A stretch of 64,000 nucleotides of DNA, from positions 1 to 64,000 of IMG/VR virus record IMGVR_UViG_3300032092_003271. One strand, given 5' to 3'. This document shows, piece by piece, positions 59,741 through 64,000 of the stretch; position 1 is the first letter of the stretch, and every line of letters begins with the position of its first letter. The translations under genes and the position numbers were made by a program. The notes under the pieces are model-generated. The model ran no database searches and had not been told where the DNA came from. It saw nothing but the letters and a program-made list of their open reading frames with translations. This DNA is from a virus.

Positions 59741-59839
59741 TTTTTTTTTAAGGTAATAAACTTTGATAAGGTAATATTTATCTATAAAACATAAATCAAA
59801 AGGTTTTCTTTTGGATAGGGGAAAAAAGAGAAAGAATAG

Positions 59840-61981
59840 ATGGCAAATGAATTTGTTGCAAGGCGTGGTATAACATCTTTGGGTGGTATTACATTACCAT
59901 ATACGGGAGTAAGCTCCACATATACAATCAATACAAACAATTATTTCATTGATTGTACAAGTGGGACATTTACTGTCACCCTTCCGACTGCGGTTGGTAT
60001 TGCGGGTCAAACTTTTATAATAAAAAATAGCGGAGCAGGAACAATAACCGTTGCAACGACAGGTGGTCAAAGTATAGATGGGACTACAACAAAAACATTA
60101 ACACAATACGAGTCAATAACCGTACAAAGTGACGGATCCAATTGGGCTATTGGTAGTACCGCTGAAACGGGAGGATCGGCAATACCAGGTTCAAACAATC
60201 AACTATTAACTTCAGATGGTGCAGGTGGTGCGATTGCAGAATCATTATTAACGTTTGATGGTACAATTACGTCACCGTATTTAAATGTCAATTCAGTAAA
60301 AATCGGAAGGGGTAATAACAATGTATCAACAAATATTTCAATTGGCGGGATTGCGTTTAGTTCTGGATCAACAGGGTGTAATAATACTGCGATAGGTTTA
60401 AATTCTCTTAGTGCTAACACAACAGGATCTTTCAATATTGCGATAGGAGGATCCACTTTAAGCGCATCAACTATAGGTAATAGAAATATTGCAATTGGTC
60501 ACCAATCTCTTCAATCAGGTGCCGGACTTTGTAATAACGTAGCGATTGGATATAAGTCAGGGGCTCGTTTAGGTAACAATCTCACTCCAACCGATAATAT
60601 TTTTATTGGGTGTCAAGCTGGTTACGGTGCAAATACAGGAAATGTTAGTTTTGGTAATATATTATCTGATAATATTGCTATTGGCAAAAAAGCAGGATGT
60701 AGTATAGGAAGTAAATACAATCCCTCAATATATTGTGGTAATAGTGGATATCCTGATTATATCAATGAGTATGCCCCGGGTTGGGCAACTAGTGGTAAAA
60801 ATGTTTTTATAGGAAACTACGCAGGACAAAATGCCACACCACCATCACCCTGTTCCCCAGCCGCAACAATAATAGGATATAATACGGCAATTGGTCATTG
60901 TTCAATGGCCTCTACCACATATGGTAAATTAAATACTGCAATAGGATATGCATCTTTAAAATCTAATACCACAGGTAACTACAACGTAGCGATTGGGTTA
61001 CATTCTCTTTGTTCTAATACGTCGGGAAATTTAAACGTAGCAATAGGTACTTGTGCGTTACGTTTAAATACGACCGGAATTCAAAATAATGCGATGGGGT
61101 TTAGATCACTAGGAAAAAATACATCCGGGCTTAGGAACACGGCAATAGGATATAATACTTTATACGCAAATACGACAGGTACTGATAACTTGGCACTTGG
61201 TCATCGTTCTTTATTATTTAACACTACGGGAGGTAATAACATTGGTTTAGGGGTTTATGCATTACGAAATAATACTACTGGAAACCGTAATACCGCAATA
61301 GGTTCAAACGCGTTACGGTGCAATACTACATGTTCAGATAACACAGCAATAGGGTACTTTGCTTTAGCTTCAAATGATATCTCAAATTTTAACACAGCTA
61401 TAGGGTCCAATTCCCAAAGGAATTCCAGCACAGGTGGTGCTAATACTTCAATAGGAACGGATAGTTTAAGGTTTAACACAACAGGTGGTGGTAATAATGC
61501 AATAGGTTCCCGTGCTTTATATGCTAACACAACAGGTGATGGTAATACAGCAATAGGTAGGAATACTTTATGTTCAAACACAACTGGATTTTTTAACGTA
61601 GCTATAGGATTTTATTCTTTAAATAAAAATACAAATGGCTCACGTAATATAGCAATAGGTAGAGATTCTTTATATGGAAGAACATCCAATTGTGATACAA
61701 TTGCTATTGGATATAAGGCTTTTCGTGGTGGTGGTGGTCCATTTTTTCCTGATACTTGTACTACATCCCACAATATTGGTATTGGTGCATATGTAAATTT
61801 TGCATGTAATACAGTAGGTTCTGTTATTATAGGTAGATGTGCTACATCTACGGCAAGTAATCAATTTGTGATTGGTAGTACTACTAATATAGTAGGAGCC
61901 GTTACCACAGAAACTTGTTCTGCAACTAAAACATGGTCTGTAGTAATTAATGGAGTAGCACAAAAAATTCTACTTGCTTAA
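59840..61981 (+). CDS. tail-fibre/adhesin-like protein with 14-aa N(T/V/I)AIG beta-roll repeats
   Basis: Repeats of NTAIG..AL..NTTG; N-terminal TVTLPTAVG..G.TFIIKNSG module; TATTTAT at 59775-59781. Confidence 0.8.
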   Translation: MANEFVARRGITSLGGITLPYTGVSSTYTINTNNYFIDCTSGTFTVTLPTAVGIAGQTFIIKNSGAGTITVATTGGQSIDGTTTKTLTQYESITVQSDGSNWAIGSTAETGGSAIPGSNNQLLTSDGAGGAIAESLLTFDGTITSPYLNVNSVKIGRGNNNVSTNISIGGIAFSSGSTGCNNTAIGLNSLSANTTGSFNIAIGGSTLSASTIGNRNIAIGHQSLQSGAGLCNNVAIGYKSGARLGNNLTPTDNIFIGCQAGYGANTGNVSFGNILSDNIAIGKKAGCSIGSKYNPSIYCGNSGYPDYINEYAPGWATSGKNVFIGNYAGQNATPPSPCSPAATIIGYNTAIGHCSMASTTYGKLNTAIGYASLKSNTTGNYNVAIGLHSLCSNTSGNLNVAIGTCALRLNTTGIQNNAMGFRSLGKNTSGLRNTAIGYNTLYANTTGTDNLALGHRSLLFNTTGGNNIGLGVYALRNNTTGNRNTAIGSNALRCNTTCSDNTAIGYFALASNDISNFNTAIGSNSQRNSSTGGANTSIGTDSLRFNTTGGGNNAIGSRALYANTTGDGNTAIGRNTLCSNTTGFFNVAIGFYSLNKNTNGSRNIAIGRDSLYGRTSNCDTIAIGYKAFRGGGGPFFPDTCTTSHNIGIGAYVNFACNTVGSVIIGRCATSTASNQFVIGSTTNIVGAVTTETCSATKTWSVVINGVAQKILLA

Positions 61982-62039
61982 AAAATGACTTTGACATTTA
62001 AATTGTAACACTTATGTTTTATTAAACAAAATAAAATTT

Positions 62040-62861
62040 ATGGTGCAAAAAGTATTTTATAATCCATCCATGCCTAGAGCAGGATCAACCTTGATTCAAA
62101 ACATTTTAATGCAAAATCCCGATATCTATTCAACCCCTACTTCAGGTGTAATTGAATTTTTATTGAATGCGAGATCAGTATATTCTGCGGGTGATTCATT
62201 TAGGGCTCAAGATCAGGATGAAATGAAAAAAGGATTCAAAAATTTCTGCAAAACAGGACTATATGGTTTCTTTGACGGAATTACAGACCGTCCATACGTA
62301 ATAGATAAGAGTAGATCGTGGTTAGGTCACTTTAACTTCATTGAGTTTTTTACGGATGAAAAACCAAAAATGATTGTTATGGTCCGTGATTTACGAGCAA
62401 TATTTGCTTCAATGGAGAAAAATTTCCGTAAACACCCCGACAAAGACCCAATGATTATTAATGGTGTTGAATTAAAAAACATGACTACCGCCGCTCGAGT
62501 TGATCATTTTTCAATTTCTCCACCCATTGGTCCGTCTATTGAGTGGTTATCTGAGGCAATACATCAAGGAATAGATAAAGATATTTTATTTATAAGATTT
62601 GAAGATTTGACAGTGGATCCTGAAACTGAATTAATAAAAATCTATAATTATTTAGAACTACCATATTTTAAACATGACTTTAATAACGTAGAACAACTAA
62701 CAAATGAAAATGATGTTATACATGGTATTTTTGGAGACCATAAAATTAAACCTCAAGTAAAACCTGTAAAGGATAATTTTATTGAAATTCTTGGAAAAGA
62801 ACAATGTGATCGTTTACGAGAACATTATGATTGGTATTTTAGAGCCTTTAACTATATTTAA
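62040..62861 (+). CDS. sulfotransferase family protein
   Basis: 5'-PSB loop SMPRAGSTL, DKSR.W, VRDLRAIFAS 3'-PB motif, IRFEDL. Confidence 0.85.
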   Translation: MVQKVFYNPSMPRAGSTLIQNILMQNPDIYSTPTSGVIEFLLNARSVYSAGDSFRAQDQDEMKKGFKNFCKTGLYGFFDGITDRPYVIDKSRSWLGHFNFIEFFTDEKPKMIVMVRDLRAIFASMEKNFRKHPDKDPMIINGVELKNMTTAARVDHFSISPPIGPSIEWLSEAIHQGIDKDILFIRFEDLTVDPETELIKIYNYLELPYFKHDFNNVEQLTNENDVIHGIFGDHKIKPQVKPVKDNFIEILGKEQCDRLREHYDWYFRAFNYI

Positions 62862-62880
62862 TATTTATAAAAAAAACAAA

Positions 62881-63117
62881 ATGGAAGAAACACAAACAAC
62901 AGAACAAGTGCAACAACATATTAGTGCGGCATTTGACTCGGTTAATTTAATTAACGAAGAAATCACTAAAGAAATGACCGATGAACGTAAAAACACAATA
63001 AAACGTAATGGTGATCATCTTGAAATTATGATGGCAAAAGGTTGGTTTTTATCGGGATGTACTGAACAACAGATTATCGATATTAATAATTCTATTACTA
63101 CGTCAAAGTCGTATTAA
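62881..63117 (+). CDS. small hypothetical protein (possible fibre-associated chaperone)
   Basis: Start at ATG 62881 (MEETQTTE) after TATTTAT 62862-62868; DSVNLI..RN..HLEIM. Confidence 0.65.
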   Translation: MEETQTTEQVQQHISAAFDSVNLINEEITKEMTDERKNTIKRNGDHLEIMMAKGWFLSGCTEQQIIDINNSITTSKSY

Positions 63118-63129
63118 AAAATATTATAA

Positions 63130-64000
63130 ATGGAAGAAAAATATTTAGTGTGGCATATTCAGGGAGGTTTAGGTAAGAATGTTGCTGCAACATCATTAAT
63201 AGACTCTTTATCTGTAAAATATTCAGATAGGAAGATAGTGATAGTGGCATCATATCCCGAAGTATTTTTGAATCAAGAAAACATTTATAGAGTATATGGT
63301 TTAGGTAACACTCAATATTTTTATGATGATTATATAAAGGATAAAGATACTTTAGTATTTAGACACGAACCTTATTATGAGACTAATCATATACTAAAAA
63401 ATAAACATCTATTATCCAATTGGTGCAAATTATTAGGTATTGATTATGATTTTCAAAAACCAAAGTTATCTTTTAATTTTGCACAAAAAAGAATGTCTTT
63501 AAAATGGAAACGAGAAAAACCAATTTTTTTAATTCAAACAAACGGAGGATCAATGATGTCAGACCAAGAATATTCTTGGGCTAGAGATTTACCATTTTCT
63601 ATTTCATTAGAGGTTGTAGAAAAGTTTAAGGAAACTCATCACGTTATTCAAATTTGTAAACCGTCTTCATTAAAAATACCCGGAGTAGAAGTGATAAGTG
63701 ATAATATGTCATCAATGGAGTTATTTACATTACTTTCGGTGACAGACAAACGATTGTTAATTGATTCTAGTTTACAACATGTGGCAACAGCAATGAATTT
63801 ACCATCAACCGTAATTTGGATTGCCACATCACCGACAAATTTTGGATATTCAATGCATAATAATATAGTTGCAAATCCACCTTCAGGTAACGTTAAATTA
63901 ATTGGTTCTTATCTTTTTGATTATTCTTTTGATGGTTTACCTCATGAGTGCCCTTATTACAGTTTGGATGAAATGTTCGACATTGATAAAATATTAGAAA
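63130..64000 (+). CDS. GT9 (heptosyltransferase-like) glycosyltransferase, truncated by the window end; absent from the ORF track
   Basis: Translated from ATG 63130: MEEKYLVWHIQGGLGKNVAAT...LIDSSLQHVATAMNLPSTVIW..TSP..FGY; open to the end. Confidence 0.8.
   Translation, partial: MEEKYLVWHIQGGLGKNVAATSLIDSLSVKYSDRKIVIVASYPEVFLNQENIYRVYGLGNTQYFYDDYIKDKDTLVFRHEPYYETNHILKNKHLLSNWCKLLGIDYDFQKPKLSFNFAQKRMSLKWKREKPIFLIQTNGGSMMSDQEYSWARDLPFSISLEVVEKFKETHHVIQICKPSSLKIPGVEVISDNMSSMELFTLLSVTDKRLLIDSSLQHVATAMNLPSTVIWIATSPTNFGYSMHNNIVANPPSGNVKLIGSYLFDYSFDGLPHECPYYSLDEMFDIDKILE

Noticed and set aside
786-61963. Numerous short antisense or alternate-frame ORFs in the track (e.g. 1747, 5022, 7314, 7332, 9196, 17306, 25939, 56033, 56627, 56695, 61255)
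   Set aside because: Shadows of real genes or of low-complexity repeats; no motifs or independent start signals
57601-61981. Diversity-generating retroelement target/template pair
   Set aside because: Shared segments are short and exact rather than adenine-specific variants, and no reverse transcriptase is in the window
1-64000. Bacterial chromosome or prophage interpretation (dnaK, clpC, rpsU, gmd/fcl look cellular)
   Set aside because: These genes are embedded among T4-like terminase, portal, protease and MCP genes and share phage-type upstream motifs; no integrase or host gene order is seen
1-64000. Stop-codon reassignment as in some huge phages
   Set aside because: Core genes are full-length in code 11, coding density is high, and TAA, TAG and TGA all end genes
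1-64000. tRNA, rRNA or other structured RNA genes
   Set aside because: Intergenic spaces are short and AT-rich; no cloverleaf or TTCGA T-arm context recognised outside ORFs

Overview
AT-rich 64-kb segment of a T4-like (Caudoviricetes) jumbo/huge phage, standard genetic code. The host is very probably Bacteroidota: the window has a Flavobacterium-type bS21, a Bacteroidota-type DnaK, TAnnTTTG promoter boxes and A-rich start regions without SD sequences. Contents in order: (1) peptidase, N-terminally truncated ClpC and DnaK; (2) head module (terminase, portal, prohead protease, scaffold, major capsid) with an antisense bS21 gene embedded; (3) minus-strand baseplate/spike genes and a gp55-like late sigma factor; (4) a ~20-kb minus-strand glycan-biosynthesis cluster (Gmd/Fcl, GT2/4/8/11/15/47-like, methyl-, acetyl- and cytidylyltransferases) interleaved with PhoH, dUTPase and an exonuclease; (5) plus-strand virion surface genes (Cys-rich, PT-repeat, GSS-repeat, three LamG genes, Cys-substituted fibre), then a sulfotransferase and a GT9-like enzyme. 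Unexplained patterns read from the sequence: a strand-specific TATTTAT element before about 19 genes (putative late promoter, sometimes only 4-5 nt from the ATG); a pervasive [S/T]-G-x-T motif in virion surface proteins (candidate sequon for a phage-encoded virion glycosylation system); and N-terminal '...(I/L)xE' leaders suggesting capsid-targeted cargo, including a WYL protein. All family assignments come from motif recognition, not database searches.
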